Source: Candidatus Nomurabacteria bacterium (lineage in GTDB: Bacteria > Patescibacteriota > Minisyncoccia > Phycocordibacterales > UBA9973). From it: a DNA stretch of 50,150 nt. Location of the stretch: NCBI GenBank assembly GCA_020846455.1, contig JADLDV010000031.1, positions 1-50,150 on the forward strand, written 5' to 3'. The notes below the pieces were generated by a model. It worked only from the letters and a program-made list of their open reading frames with translations, did no database searches and was not told the DNA's origin. Shown here one piece after another: positions 36,050 to 45,558 of this stretch; position 1 is the stretch's first letter, and each line of letters starts with the position of its first letter. The translations under genes and the position numbers were made by a program.

Positions 36050-36625
36050 ATGATCAAACAACTCACTGGTACCATTGCGTATATTTCTGATAAATACACC
36101 ATTATCGATGTTCATGGAGTCGGATACCAGGTATTTTGCCCTGCCGAAACAATCACAGGACTAACAGAAGGTGCGACATATAGACTTTGGACATATATGG
36201 CTGTTCGAGAAGATGCACTTGAGCTCTTCGGATTCTTAGAATCTGATACCCTTCGCATGTTTGAACTATTAATCACTATTTCTGGAATTGGTCCACGAGG
36301 TGCACTGGCTATACTCAATGTCGGCTCTGTCGACATGCTCGAAAGTGCAATCGCTTCTGGTGACACTGCATTCCTCACCAAGATTTCTGGTATTGGTCGC
36401 AAAACTGCAGAAAAGATTGTGCTTGAACTCCGTGACAAGATCACTGCCCTAGGAAGAAGTACCGACGGTGTAGGGCATGCTGGTGAACTCGATACCATGG
36501 AAGCACTCAAGGCACTCGGATATACTGCACAAGAAATCCGTGACACACTCAAAGATATTGATCCGTCTATTACTGATACAAGTGACAAGATTCGCGAGGC
36601 ACTGAAACGATTGGGCGGGAAATAA
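36050..36625 (+). CDS. ruvA: Holliday junction DNA helicase subunit RuvA
   Basis: 'MIKQLTGTI.....YTIIDVHGVGYQVF', HhH 'ISGIGPRGALAIL', 'ISGIGRKTAEKIVLEL'. Confidence 0.95.
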   Translation: MIKQLTGTIAYISDKYTIIDVHGVGYQVFCPAETITGLTEGATYRLWTYMAVREDALELFGFLESDTLRMFELLITISGIGPRGALAILNVGSVDMLESAIASGDTAFLTKISGIGRKTAEKIVLELRDKITALGRSTDGVGHAGELDTMEALKALGYTAQEIRDTLKDIDPSITDTSDKIREALKRLGGK

Positions 36626-36653
36626 AAAAAACGCCACACATGGTGGCGTTTCA
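36624..36653. terminator. intrinsic terminator after ruvA
   Basis: acgccac-loop-gtggcgt preceded by A8. Confidence 0.55.
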
Positions 36654-36667
36654 ACACTAAGATGATT

Positions 36668-37243
36668 TTACAAAAACGGTAATTTTTCAAACGTACCACC
36701 AACTAAACCCATTTTAACTGCTTCTTCGGCACTTACATATTTTTTATATTTTTCCCCTTCTGTATTTAATCTCAATATTTCTTCATCAGAAATTCCAAAA
36801 TTCTTCGAAATATATTTGTACAGGTTTTCTTTATCTGTCATAAACAAATTTTGATGTCGAATTATTTGTTCCTCAACATTTTCGATATCTTTCAAAAAAT
36901 AATTTACACGAAATGCATGGAAACCTATCTTGGAGTTAGTTGAAATAAACCTTTTTTCCTTTTGCGCTATTCCTAATATGAGAATTGCTGCTGAAAAACA
37001 AAGCCCTATAATATATACTTCAACATTCAAATTAAGTGCTTTGCAATAATCATGTAAATACTCCACATGTTGTGTTTGTCCTCCTGGGCAAGATGCTAAC
37101 ACTACAAATCGAATAGGTTTTTCCATATCTTCACGAATGTATGAGATGATGATTTCCTCTTTTTTTTCCATAGAAGATTTAGTAATCTCAGAATCAAAAA
37201 CAATAATCCGTTGTTCCTTGATAACATCATTTAATTTTTTCAT
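36668..37243 (-). CDS. divergent ClpP-like (S14 family) serine peptidase
   Basis: collinear with ClpP: 'VLASCPGG', 'IIGLCFSAAILIL' (Ser), 'KIGFHA' (His), 'SAEEAVKMGLV'. Confidence 0.5.
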   Translation of the reverse strand: MKKLNDVIKEQRIIVFDSEITKSSMEKKEEIIISYIREDMEKPIRFVVLASCPGGQTQHVEYLHDYCKALNLNVEVYIIGLCFSAAILILGIAQKEKRFISTNSKIGFHAFRVNYFLKDIENVEEQIIRHQNLFMTDKENLYKYISKNFGISDEEILRLNTEGEKYKKYVSAEEAVKMGLVGGTFEKLPFL

Positions 37244-37329
37244 ATGCTATTTATTTAGTTTTTACTGGTTATATTATATATAATATAACTATATTTGTCA
37301 ACTATCATAAAACCATATACACTACCTTC

Positions 37330-38271
37330 ATGCCTGAACTCCCAGAAGTCCAAACCACCGTCACTGGTCTCAAAAAAGTCCTAGTAAAAAGAACCATCAC
37401 TGATGTGTGGACTGACTTGGCGATCAAAGATCAAAAGGTTACACACTTCAAAGAGACAGTAAAAGATCTTGATTTTTTTACTTCTTTTAAAAAAGAAGTT
37501 ATGGGCGCAAAAGTAATCTCAGTCGAACGTCGAGCAAAAAATATTCTCATCAATCTCGACACAGGAAAAACAATTCTCATTCACTTGAAAATGACTGGTC
37601 ACCTACTCTATGGCACATATGAATATGGTAAAAGAGAAAATACTTGGATAGTGAGTGCTCAAGAAAAAAATACTGCGCTCCGTGATCCATTCAACAGATT
37701 TATTCATGTTGTCTTTACGCTCGACAATGGAAAGCATCTCGCATTTTGTGATGCAAGAAAATTTGGCAAGGTTACTCTCCTCCCAACAGCACTCGCACAC
37801 AAGACCAGTCATTTAGAAAACATTGGACCAGAACCACTCGATGATACTTTTACAAAAGAAGTGATGACGGAAAGATTATTGAAAAAACCATCTGGTAAAA
37901 TCAAGCAAGTGCTCATGGATCAAAGTATCATCGCAGGTATTGGTAATATTTATTCTGATGAAATTCTGTGGCTTGTCGGACTGCACCCAGAAGAACGTAC
38001 CAAAAACATTCCTCAAAAATACTTTTCCTTAATATATAAAGCGATGAGAGAAGTACTTTCAAAAGGGATAGATTTTGGTGGCGACTCTACCAGTGATTAT
38101 AGAAATATCCACGGAGAAGCGGGTGCATTTCAACACGCACACAATGCATACAGACGCACAGGAAAATCCTGTGGTAAACGTGGATGTACAGGCACTATCG
38201 GCCGAATAATGGTCGGGAGTAGAAGCGCACATTATTGTACTTCACACCAAAAGCGATTAGAAGTATACTAA
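37330..38271 (+). CDS. mutM: formamidopyrimidine-DNA glycosylase
   Basis: 'MPELPEV' N-terminus, 'QSIIAGIGNIYSDEILW' H2TH, C-terminal zinc finger CxxC...C..H. Confidence 0.95.
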   Translation: MPELPEVQTTVTGLKKVLVKRTITDVWTDLAIKDQKVTHFKETVKDLDFFTSFKKEVMGAKVISVERRAKNILINLDTGKTILIHLKMTGHLLYGTYEYGKRENTWIVSAQEKNTALRDPFNRFIHVVFTLDNGKHLAFCDARKFGKVTLLPTALAHKTSHLENIGPEPLDDTFTKEVMTERLLKKPSGKIKQVLMDQSIIAGIGNIYSDEILWLVGLHPEERTKNIPQKYFSLIYKAMREVLSKGIDFGGDSTSDYRNIHGEAGAFQHAHNAYRRTGKSCGKRGCTGTIGRIMVGSRSAHYCTSHQKRLEVY

Positions 38272-38359
38272 AGACATGGAAACACTAAAGGATTTGAAAT
38301 GGTTTCTCATCGTATTACTCATATTGGCAATATTTGCACTCGCGGCAAGATAATATCAT

Positions 38360-38557
38360 ATGTTTAAAGCACCCAAAGATGCACATGAGGAAATCACCTG
38401 GCTTATTATCATCCTTATCATTTTTTGGATTGTCTGGTATTTTACCGGAGGCCCAGAACGTGCAGAAAAAGCAAAACCATTTCTCAATCCACCAGCACCA
38501 TTAGATAACGGTTCAGAATATGATGCAGTTCGTGGTGTAAAAGATATTATTGATTAG
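38360..38557 (+). CDS. small membrane protein, hypothetical
   Basis: 65-aa ORF with one TM helix. Confidence 0.3.
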   Translation: MFKAPKDAHEEITWLIIILIIFWIVWYFTGGPERAEKAKPFLNPPAPLDNGSEYDAVRGVKDIID

Positions 38558-39033
38558 ATATTCAATAATCGAAACAAAGCGATTCCTCCCGCAACAGATA
38601 CGTTCAGAGATTCTTTATTCCCTTTCATAGGAATTTCAGCAATGACATCAGCACTCGTGAGTGCTTTTTTGGAAACACCAGTGACTTCATTGCCAACAAT
38701 AAGTGCCATAGAATCTTTCACTTTTACTTTTTTATAGTCAATTGATTCAGGTGACTGCTCAAGGGCAACAACACTGACGCCGGATTTTTGTAATTTTTTA
38801 ATAAGCGGAGTAATTGTTTTGATATATGTCCAAGGGATAGTATCTTCTGCCCCGAGTGCAGTCTTTGCAATATCACTTCGTTTACGATTGAACTTATCGA
38901 TCGGTGTCGGTGTGCATCCAACAAGATATATATGAGTCACACCCACTGCATCTGCGGTACGAAAAAACGAGCCCACATTGTGTGTACTTCTAATATCTTC
39001 TAGAATAAGAATGGTTTCTTTTTTATTAGCCAT
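38554..39033 (-). CDS. SpoU/TrmH-family RNA 2'-O-methyltransferase
   Basis: 'LEDIRSTHNVGSFFRTADA', 'ALIVGNEVTGVS', 'IPM.G..ESLNVSVAGGIALF'. Confidence 0.85.
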   Translation of the reverse strand: MANKKETILILEDIRSTHNVGSFFRTADAVGVTHIYLVGCTPTPIDKFNRKRSDIAKTALGAEDTIPWTYIKTITPLIKKLQKSGVSVVALEQSPESIDYKKVKVKDSMALIVGNEVTGVSKKALTSADVIAEIPMKGNKESLNVSVAGGIALFRLLNI

Positions 39034-39089
39034 ACGGTTGATTTTTCAACTATACTATGGTATCGTTTTTTAGTAAACACATTACAGAT

Positions 39090-39162
39090 GCGCTCGTAGC
39101 TCAGTCGGTAGAGCAGCTCCCTTTTAAGGAGATGGTCGAAGGTTCGATTCCTTCCGAGCGCA
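39090..39162 (+). tRNA. tRNA-Lys(TTT)
   Basis: manual cloverleaf: anticodon loop CTTTTAA, T-loop TTCGATT. Confidence 0.9.
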
Positions 39163-39233
39163 CAACCAAGGCTGATGCGGGAACCCTAGTATTCTGAGCT
39201 ATTTGTCAGAATATGAAGTTTCTGGATCAGCAT

Positions 39234-39262
39234 CAAAAAAACCTCTTGTAGAGGTTTTTTTG
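39234..39262 (-). terminator. intrinsic terminator after the GHKL gene
   Basis: acctct-tgt-agaggt between A7 and T7. Confidence 0.6.
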
Positions 39263-39263
39263 A

Positions 39264-40943
39264 TTATGTTGTTGCCCCATCAAGTCTGCGGAACAAATGA
39301 GATAAAAGACCAAGTGCGTCTAAACAATCTTGCTCTGTGTACAAACCAGAGTTCCTCAGATCAGATTCTAATTCGTGACTTAGAGGATTGCGGAATGCAC
39401 TCCACATTGCATAAGCTAAGAAGCCATGACCAAGTCCGATGTTTTTATGTGTCTTTTGTTCAAAATCTGTGCCGTTCGGTCTTTTATATGTTTTGGTTAC
39501 ATCCAGTTCTGGGGCTGGTCTATTACCGCTAGCATCTTTATCTGGTATGAATACATGTTTGATCAAATCAAGATCGGTTAGTTTAGTAGAAGATTTTTTC
39601 TGAATTTCACGTATATATTTTATTACTCCTTGTGCAACCGCCTTGTAGTAGTTTTCCTGCTTATATTCATTGAATACCTCAGAACTCAATTCTGGATGTA
39701 AATTCTGATAGTGGTAATACGGATAAGGAGGGATCAACTCTTTAAGGTTCTCTACTGTTCCAGAAATTTCCTCGTCAGAAAATTCTGATTGCTCAAGAAG
39801 TGATTCCAGAATTGGATTTATAAGGTTGTTCAATTTTTCAGGAACATGACTTTGCCATTCCTTGATACTCATACCCCTGCTTTCCATTTCCTTTTCAAGG
39901 GTTTCCTTACGTATTTCATCTCTTTTTTTACGCCAATCCTTCTCTAGCCACCTGATTAGTTCTTGCAAATAGGTTCTTAATTCAGCCATTTCAGGATGAT
40001 CCCATTTTAGTGATTGTCTGTTTGTTGAAATTACATCTTCTGAAAGATCATCAATGAAATCAACTTCGAGCCAGCCCGTTAAGTATGAGAAAAAGTGACT
40101 GGACGTACTATCAGAAAAATACTCCGCTTGGTTTACAAGTTTCCTCCTTGAGAAAAGAACAATACCCCTCATGTTAGTTTTCGGAGAGATAGGCTTTTTT
40201 GTTGCGATTAGATGCCCAGTAATTTGATCTTTGTTTTTATAAGTACTTTCTAGACCAATATCTTTTTGAACGCTCCACTCAATTTGCTTATCAAGATCAG
40301 CGTATTTTCTATCGTTGTCTACTTCGACAGGTGTACCGTTGTTATGACTAATAGTTATCTTAAATTCCGAGTCAATTATGAAAATCTTGGACAGGCTAGT
40401 TGCGATACTTTCAGGATTAAAATCAGATTCGCGTTGAAGTTTTCTTAATGTTATTTTTGTCCCGTGTTCATTTTGGTCACAAGTCTTATCTCTTTCAATT
40501 ATTTCTGGCTTATAGTCCTGTCCATTCACCGTACTTTTGATTTTCTCCCAATCCATCTTGAAACTATTAAGTTTTCCATCTTTTTTAGTTTCAATTTCTA
40601 TCTCATGTGCGATACCGAAAAAGGAGAGCTTACCTAAACCCTTTTTACCAATCACACTTCTACCTTTTGGTGTTTTTTGATCGTTATCCTCTGTTCGTCT
40701 TTTTCTTCCAATACGCAAGAATTTCGTATTGATTTCTTCGAAAGTCATTCCGAAACCATCGTCTTCAACAATGATTTCTTTATTATCTCCTTGATCATTT
40801 AAAAATAGTTGGATGTTCTCAGCATCAGCGTCATAACTATTTGCTATAAGCTCTGCCAATACAGGCGGTAAGGTCGAATACATGCGGACACCTAGGTCTT
40901 CAATAGTATTCGGATCAAATGTCATCTCTAGTTCGTTGTTCAT
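39264..40943 (-). CDS. GHKL (HATPase_c_3 / MORC-like) ATPase with C-terminal Rx4H HEPN-like domain
   Basis: Bergerat motifs 'ELIANSYDA', 'VEDDGFGM', 'GKKGLGKLS'; C-terminal 'AFRNPLSHE'. Confidence 0.75.
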   Translation of the reverse strand: MNNELEMTFDPNTIEDLGVRMYSTLPPVLAELIANSYDADAENIQLFLNDQGDNKEIIVEDDGFGMTFEEINTKFLRIGRKRRTEDNDQKTPKGRSVIGKKGLGKLSFFGIAHEIEIETKKDGKLNSFKMDWEKIKSTVNGQDYKPEIIERDKTCDQNEHGTKITLRKLQRESDFNPESIATSLSKIFIIDSEFKITISHNNGTPVEVDNDRKYADLDKQIEWSVQKDIGLESTYKNKDQITGHLIATKKPISPKTNMRGIVLFSRRKLVNQAEYFSDSTSSHFFSYLTGWLEVDFIDDLSEDVISTNRQSLKWDHPEMAELRTYLQELIRWLEKDWRKKRDEIRKETLEKEMESRGMSIKEWQSHVPEKLNNLINPILESLLEQSEFSDEEISGTVENLKELIPPYPYYHYQNLHPELSSEVFNEYKQENYYKAVAQGVIKYIREIQKKSSTKLTDLDLIKHVFIPDKDASGNRPAPELDVTKTYKRPNGTDFEQKTHKNIGLGHGFLAYAMWSAFRNPLSHELESDLRNSGLYTEQDCLDALGLLSHLFRRLDGATT

Positions 40944-40944
40944 A

Positions 40945-42000
40945 TCATTTATCAGCGTTCAGTATGGTCTTACCGAGTTCTTTAGCAAATAATGGCGGTA
41001 CAGCATTACCAATCATACGAGCCTGATTTGCGATACTACTTGCATAAAATACATAGTTCTTCGGGAATGTTTGCAATGTTGCACCCTCTCGTATTGAGAT
41101 TGCCCGGTTTTCCTCTGGATGAGCAAATCGACCATTTGAAATACTGAAAAACTTGGTTGTAATTGTTGGTGATGGTTTATCCCAAGACATTCTCCCGTAG
41201 TTATCTTTGAATCCTTGTCCTTGGTATGATTTTCTCTTGAGTTTTTTGTCATCAGCCCAATCAAGCCAAGAGCCACCATTCTTTGGTGTCTTCATAAGAC
41301 GCTCTAAATTTGTTCGTGTGAGTCCCGCTACAGTGTGAGAAAAAGAAGTTTCATCTTTGTGTCCTGGCTTAATTTTCGGAAAACCATTTCTCTCTCCCAA
41401 AACATCTTTAAGCGCTTTCTTATTTTTGACTTTCTTAGATAAAGCAATCTTTTCTTTATTTACTCTTGTTGCAATCAAAGAAAAACGACGACGGCTTTGC
41501 GGTACGCCAAAGTCAGCCATGTTCACTATTTCGTAGTGAACCTTGTATCCTTTTTCTTCTAATTTTGCGACGAATTTATCGAGACCACTTTTGTCTTTTT
41601 TACCCAGAATGCCCGGCACATTTTCAACAAGCACATAGCCAGGATTAAAATACTCTACAAAACGCTGAAATTCCTTAAGAAGGTCTTTGGACTTTGCTGA
41701 ATTAGTTTTGTCAGTACGAATGATAGACCAAAATTGGCACGGACTACATCCGATAAGAATTAGATTGTTATCATTTCGTTTAAGTTTTAAATCTTTCTCC
41801 AGATCCTGTTCTTTTAGCTCAAAAACATCAGCGTGAACAAATTTAGACCCTGGATTATTTTTCTCGTAAGTCTCCTTGCAAGACAGGTCAAAATCAATAC
41901 CAGCAACAACGTCAATTCCTGCTTGAGTGAGTCCGCATGTCATACCGCCGCCGGAACAAAAAAAATCGACAGCTTTAATTTTCTTATTTGCTTTTTGCAT
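40945..42000 (-). CDS. dcm: DNA (cytosine-5)-methyltransferase
   Basis: motifs I 'FFCSGGGM', IV 'GCSPCQFWS', VI 'ENVPG', VIII 'QSRRR', X 'GNAVPP'; start at the ATG at 42000. Confidence 0.95.
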   Translation of the reverse strand: MQKANKKIKAVDFFCSGGGMTCGLTQAGIDVVAGIDFDLSCKETYEKNNPGSKFVHADVFELKEQDLEKDLKLKRNDNNLILIGCSPCQFWSIIRTDKTNSAKSKDLLKEFQRFVEYFNPGYVLVENVPGILGKKDKSGLDKFVAKLEEKGYKVHYEIVNMADFGVPQSRRRFSLIATRVNKEKIALSKKVKNKKALKDVLGERNGFPKIKPGHKDETSFSHTVAGLTRTNLERLMKTPKNGGSWLDWADDKKLKRKSYQGQGFKDNYGRMSWDKPSPTITTKFFSISNGRFAHPEENRAISIREGATLQTFPKNYVFYASSIANQARMIGNAVPPLFAKELGKTILNADK

Positions 42001-42080
42001 AAAATAGCGTGACCACCGCTCGATGATCCACACTCTATTTTACCAAAAATTAGGAACTAAATACAGGTATTTTCGTTCTG

Positions 42081-43410
42081 CTATTCTCCCATCAGAAGCT
42101 TCTTGTCTTTGAGTAATATCCTACTCTTGATGCATGAGAGTATTTCTCTTTGTTGCAATAGTGTTCCGTGTTTCAGCATGTGCTTGGCGAATGTTTTGAT
42201 ACTTATGTTCTTCTGTTTTGTTGACTGATTTAGATCCACTCCAAGTACCCCAGTTTGGAAGAGGGCATATCTTGTCACCTCTTCCTGAAGTTTCTGCTTG
42301 AGTTCGCTCTTGTCCAAGCTCATTTTGTCTATAATCGGAAACATCTCGTCTATCAGTATCGATTCCTTCACCGACTCGTTCGGACAACTCCTGTCTTTCA
42401 CTTTGGTGCATCGGTAGTAGACATGGGCGTTAAATCCTCCATCTTTGAGTTCCTTAATCTTTTCTTCGGCAGTAATGCCGGATCCGCAGTATGCACAGTG
42501 GAGCATTCTCGTGAAGGCGAACTCTCTGCCGTACGCCTTCTTCTTTTCAACCTGTATTTTTGTTTGTACTAATTCAAATAATTCTTTGGTAATTATGGGA
42601 GTGTGCTTACCTTCATACCAATCTCCACTTCCCATAGGATATTCAAATGCTCCGTAGTAGAAGGTCATCCGAAGCATTCTGTATATGTTGCCGAGCGTCA
42701 TCGGCTTGTCGCCCCGCGTCACAAACTTTATATCGTTCAACCACCTGTATATCATTCGCCCTGAGTAATTCTCATATGCAATATGCAACCTTCTCAAATA
42801 TCTGTTTGATTATCGGTGCTCTCACTGGGTCTATCTCCACATGACATCGCTTGTCCACATTCTTGCTGTTCAAATATCCCGTTGGTGCCGTGCATGGCCA
42901 TAATCCCATCTGAAATCTTGCTCGCAATCCTCGCTTCACATTGATGACCTTGTTGTCGTTTTCGAGCTTTGCCTGCGATCCGAGGATCATGAGCATGAAT
43001 TTGTCGTTCGGCGTATTGCTGAACTTCTGACCAAATGTTCGTATCTCGACCAGTTTCTGTTGGTCCATGAGATCTACGATTCTTCCAAGGTCACCGGCAT
43101 TTCGAGCAATGCGATCTGGTGCCCATGTCAGGATTCCGCTAAACCGTCCTTCTTTTAATTCCTCCACAATTTCATTAAACACAGGTCGTTGCCCAGCCTC
43201 TTTTGCTGAGTGAGATTCTTTCTTAGTAACTACGATCTCAAGCCCTTCATTCCTCGCCATTTTCTCCATTTCTTGGATTTGGCTGTCGATTGAAAGGACT
43301 TGCTTGTCCTCCTGTTCCGTTGATTTGCGGGCGTAAAGACAGTATGTAATCCTTACAGGGCTTGCTTGTTTTACCTCCAAGCCTAGAGGTTTTCTTTGTG
43401 TTGTTTCCAT
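42081..43410 (-). pseudogene. large serine recombinase (paralog of 22757-24034) frameshifted by a 7-bp tandem duplication
   Basis: N-terminal ORF 42772-43410 and C-terminal ORF 42081-42797 overlap in different frames; deleting one atatgca unit restores '...FEKVAYENYSGRMIYRWL...'. Confidence 0.75.
42774..42787. repeat. perfect 7-bp tandem duplication (atatgca x2)
   Basis: read directly at 42774-42780 and 42781-42787. Confidence 0.9.
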
Positions 43411-43520
43411 ACACTAACACTAATGACGCAATCCCTTTGGGGAGTCTAGGAGGGGTGGAGTTGGTAACTTTGGCTCTAAAACGGCTTCAAAGAAAGGTAT
43501 TTTTGTGGTAAAATGAGTTT

Positions 43521-44156
43521 ATGAAACTCACTAAATTTGAGCAATCAGGCTTTATTTTGGAAACTAGCAAGGGTTTCCGTTTGGCTTTTGATATTGGCAA
43601 TAAAACCCCAGTCGAAAAGCTTCAAGGAGTTACCGTAGATGCAATGCTTGTATCACATATCCACGGCGACCACTTCTCCCTTGAGCAAATCAAAGCACTC
43701 TCACCTAAAAAGCTTTACTTGAACCAAGAGTGTATAGAAACGCTTGGTGAAGAAAATCTTGCTACTGATATTATCCGAGTAAAAGTTGGTGATACAGTAA
43801 CGATCGAAGATATTAAGGTGCAATTTTTCAATGTTGATCATGGACCAAATGTATCTGCACCACTTCAGGAAAATTTTGGCTTTCTAATCACAGTAGATGG
43901 TCAAACAATCTATTTTGCAGGCGATATGTTCTATGAATCTGGTATTGATGTTTCAAATCTTGAAGTTGATATCGCACTACTACCAGTTGGAACATTTTAT
44001 ACATTCGGTCCGCAAGAAGCGTTTGAGTTCGCGAAGAAATTCAAGAAGATTGGCAAAGTAACGCCAATGCACTACGAGAAAACTCCTGAAACGAGAGAAC
44101 AATTTATACATTTAGCCGTAGCTCAAGGTTTTAATACCGACAGCTACATTTTGTAA
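43521..44156 (+). CDS. MBL-fold metallo-hydrolase
   Basis: 'VSHIHGDH' HxHxDH motif. Confidence 0.8.
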   Translation: MKLTKFEQSGFILETSKGFRLAFDIGNKTPVEKLQGVTVDAMLVSHIHGDHFSLEQIKALSPKKLYLNQECIETLGEENLATDIIRVKVGDTVTIEDIKVQFFNVDHGPNVSAPLQENFGFLITVDGQTIYFAGDMFYESGIDVSNLEVDIALLPVGTFYTFGPQEAFEFAKKFKKIGKVTPMHYEKTPETREQFIHLAVAQGFNTDSYIL

Positions 44157-44157
44157 C

Positions 44158-44742
44158 ATGATTAAATATATACTCGTTGGAGGAAAAGTTCATGGATCAC
44201 CAGATGGTGGAGAAGCATTTGTTCGTGAATTAGTAAAAGATATAAATCATGTACCTAAAATTTTGGTATGCCTTTTTGCTGTAGAAAAAGACCAGTGGAA
44301 AGAAAGATTTAAAGGAGATCAAGAATTTTTTGGAAAATTTCTTAAAGATTTTACATTGGAACTTGCAGAAGAAAATAAGTTTACTGAGCAAGTAAAAAAT
44401 ACCGATATTCTTTTTATTCGTGGTGGATATACAAGACCACTTATGGAGCTCCTTTCAAAAGATTTATCTTGGGTCAAAGAGATCGATAATAAAATTATTG
44501 CAGGTACTTCTGCTGGTGCCGAAGCCATAGCAAAGTATTATTTTGTTACTAAAACAAATCGAAATGGTGAAGGTCTCGGACTGTTGCCAATCAAATTTAT
44601 TCCTCACTGGAAATCAGCTTATTTTGACGGCGAAGAAAAAAATATTGATTGGGATAAAATTTATAACGATTTTAAAAACTATAAAGAGGATTTAGAACTT
44701 ATCGTACTTAAGGAAGGAGAATTTAAAGTTTTCAATAAATAA
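44158..44742 (+). CDS. peptidase S51 / type 1 glutamine amidotransferase-like protein
   Basis: 'LFIRGGYTRPLMELL' and 'IIAGTSAGAEA' nucleophile-elbow pattern. Confidence 0.7.
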   Translation: MIKYILVGGKVHGSPDGGEAFVRELVKDINHVPKILVCLFAVEKDQWKERFKGDQEFFGKFLKDFTLELAEENKFTEQVKNTDILFIRGGYTRPLMELLSKDLSWVKEIDNKIIAGTSAGAEAIAKYYFVTKTNRNGEGLGLLPIKFIPHWKSAYFDGEEKNIDWDKIYNDFKNYKEDLELIVLKEGEFKVFNK

Positions 44743-44744
44743 CT

Positions 44745-45050
44745 ATGTTGTACTGGGATATCTATCAAGTAAATAGCGCGACACAAAATCTCATCGGAGT
44801 AAAATTTCGAGGTACGGTTCGGAAGTTCGCAATAGAAAACGATTTTGTACTTTTAGCAGAAAATGCACAAGACGAAGAAAACACCGTTCGTTTTGCACTA
44901 GTTGAAAATACTTATGAAGAAAAACTACTCCAACGAATTACTGATTTCATACGATCAATAATTGCCGATGCAGAAATCAAACAAGTGCTCGACAAAGTGC
45001 CGAACCCAATTTTATCAAAGCTAAAAAATAACGACATAAGTCGATACTAA
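44745..45050 (+). CDS. hypothetical protein (weak acylphosphatase-like pattern)
   Basis: 101-aa ORF tightly packed in an operon; only faint 'GVKFRGTVRKFA' similarity. Confidence 0.3.
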   Translation: MLYWDIYQVNSATQNLIGVKFRGTVRKFAIENDFVLLAENAQDEENTVRFALVENTYEEKLLQRITDFIRSIIADAEIKQVLDKVPNPILSKLKNNDISRY

Positions 45051-45055
45051 ACTAT

Positions 45056-45556
45056 ATGGCAACATACGACGCAACAACAAAAGATAATAAGTGTATATTC
45101 TGCGAAATCGCACAGGGTCGTTTTCAGACTCCTGGCATTTTTTGGCAAGACGGTGAATTTATGGCTTTTCTTTCAATTGATCCAAATACTGAGGGGTTTT
45201 CTTGTGTAATTCCAAAAGAGCATCACGGAAGCGACATTATGAAAATGCCAGACGAAGCTTTGCAAAAACTTATTCTTGCAAGTAAGCATGTCGCTGGAAT
45301 TCTTGAAAACTACTTTGAAGATACAGGCAGAGTTGGTGTCATTATGGAAGGAACAGGAATAGATCACGCCCATGTGAAATTAGTACCTATGCACGGTACA
45401 GAAAACTTGAAACGCGGAGAGTGGCAACAAGTCCTTTCGGGAAAGGAATTCTGGTTTGATAAATATGAAGGATGGATTTGTTCAGGTGGTGGACCTAAAG
45501 CCGATCCTGAAAAGCTAAGGTTGATTGCTGAGAAACTTAGATTAAGTCAAAGATAA
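45056..45556 (+). CDS. HIT-family protein
   Basis: 'CIFCEI', 'IDHAHVKLVP' histidine-triad-like motif. Confidence 0.75.
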   Translation: MATYDATTKDNKCIFCEIAQGRFQTPGIFWQDGEFMAFLSIDPNTEGFSCVIPKEHHGSDIMKMPDEALQKLILASKHVAGILENYFEDTGRVGVIMEGTGIDHAHVKLVPMHGTENLKRGEWQQVLSGKEFWFDKYEGWICSGGGPKADPEKLRLIAEKLRLSQR

Positions 45557-45558
45557 TT

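Larger units (their letters stand above)
39163..43450. mobile_element. putative genomic island B (tRNA-Lys-adjacent)
   Basis: GHKL ATPase, C5 methyltransferase and serine recombinase directly after the tRNA; the recombinase end is more GC-rich than the core; no flanking repeat found. Confidence 0.4.

Noticed and set aside
39163-43520. att-type direct repeat of the tRNA-Lys 3' end bounding island B
   Set aside because: I found no copy of the tRNA 3' segment beyond the recombinase. The only shared string found was an 8-mer (gctgatgc) inside the ZIP-like gene at about 46731, too short and misplaced to be meaningful.
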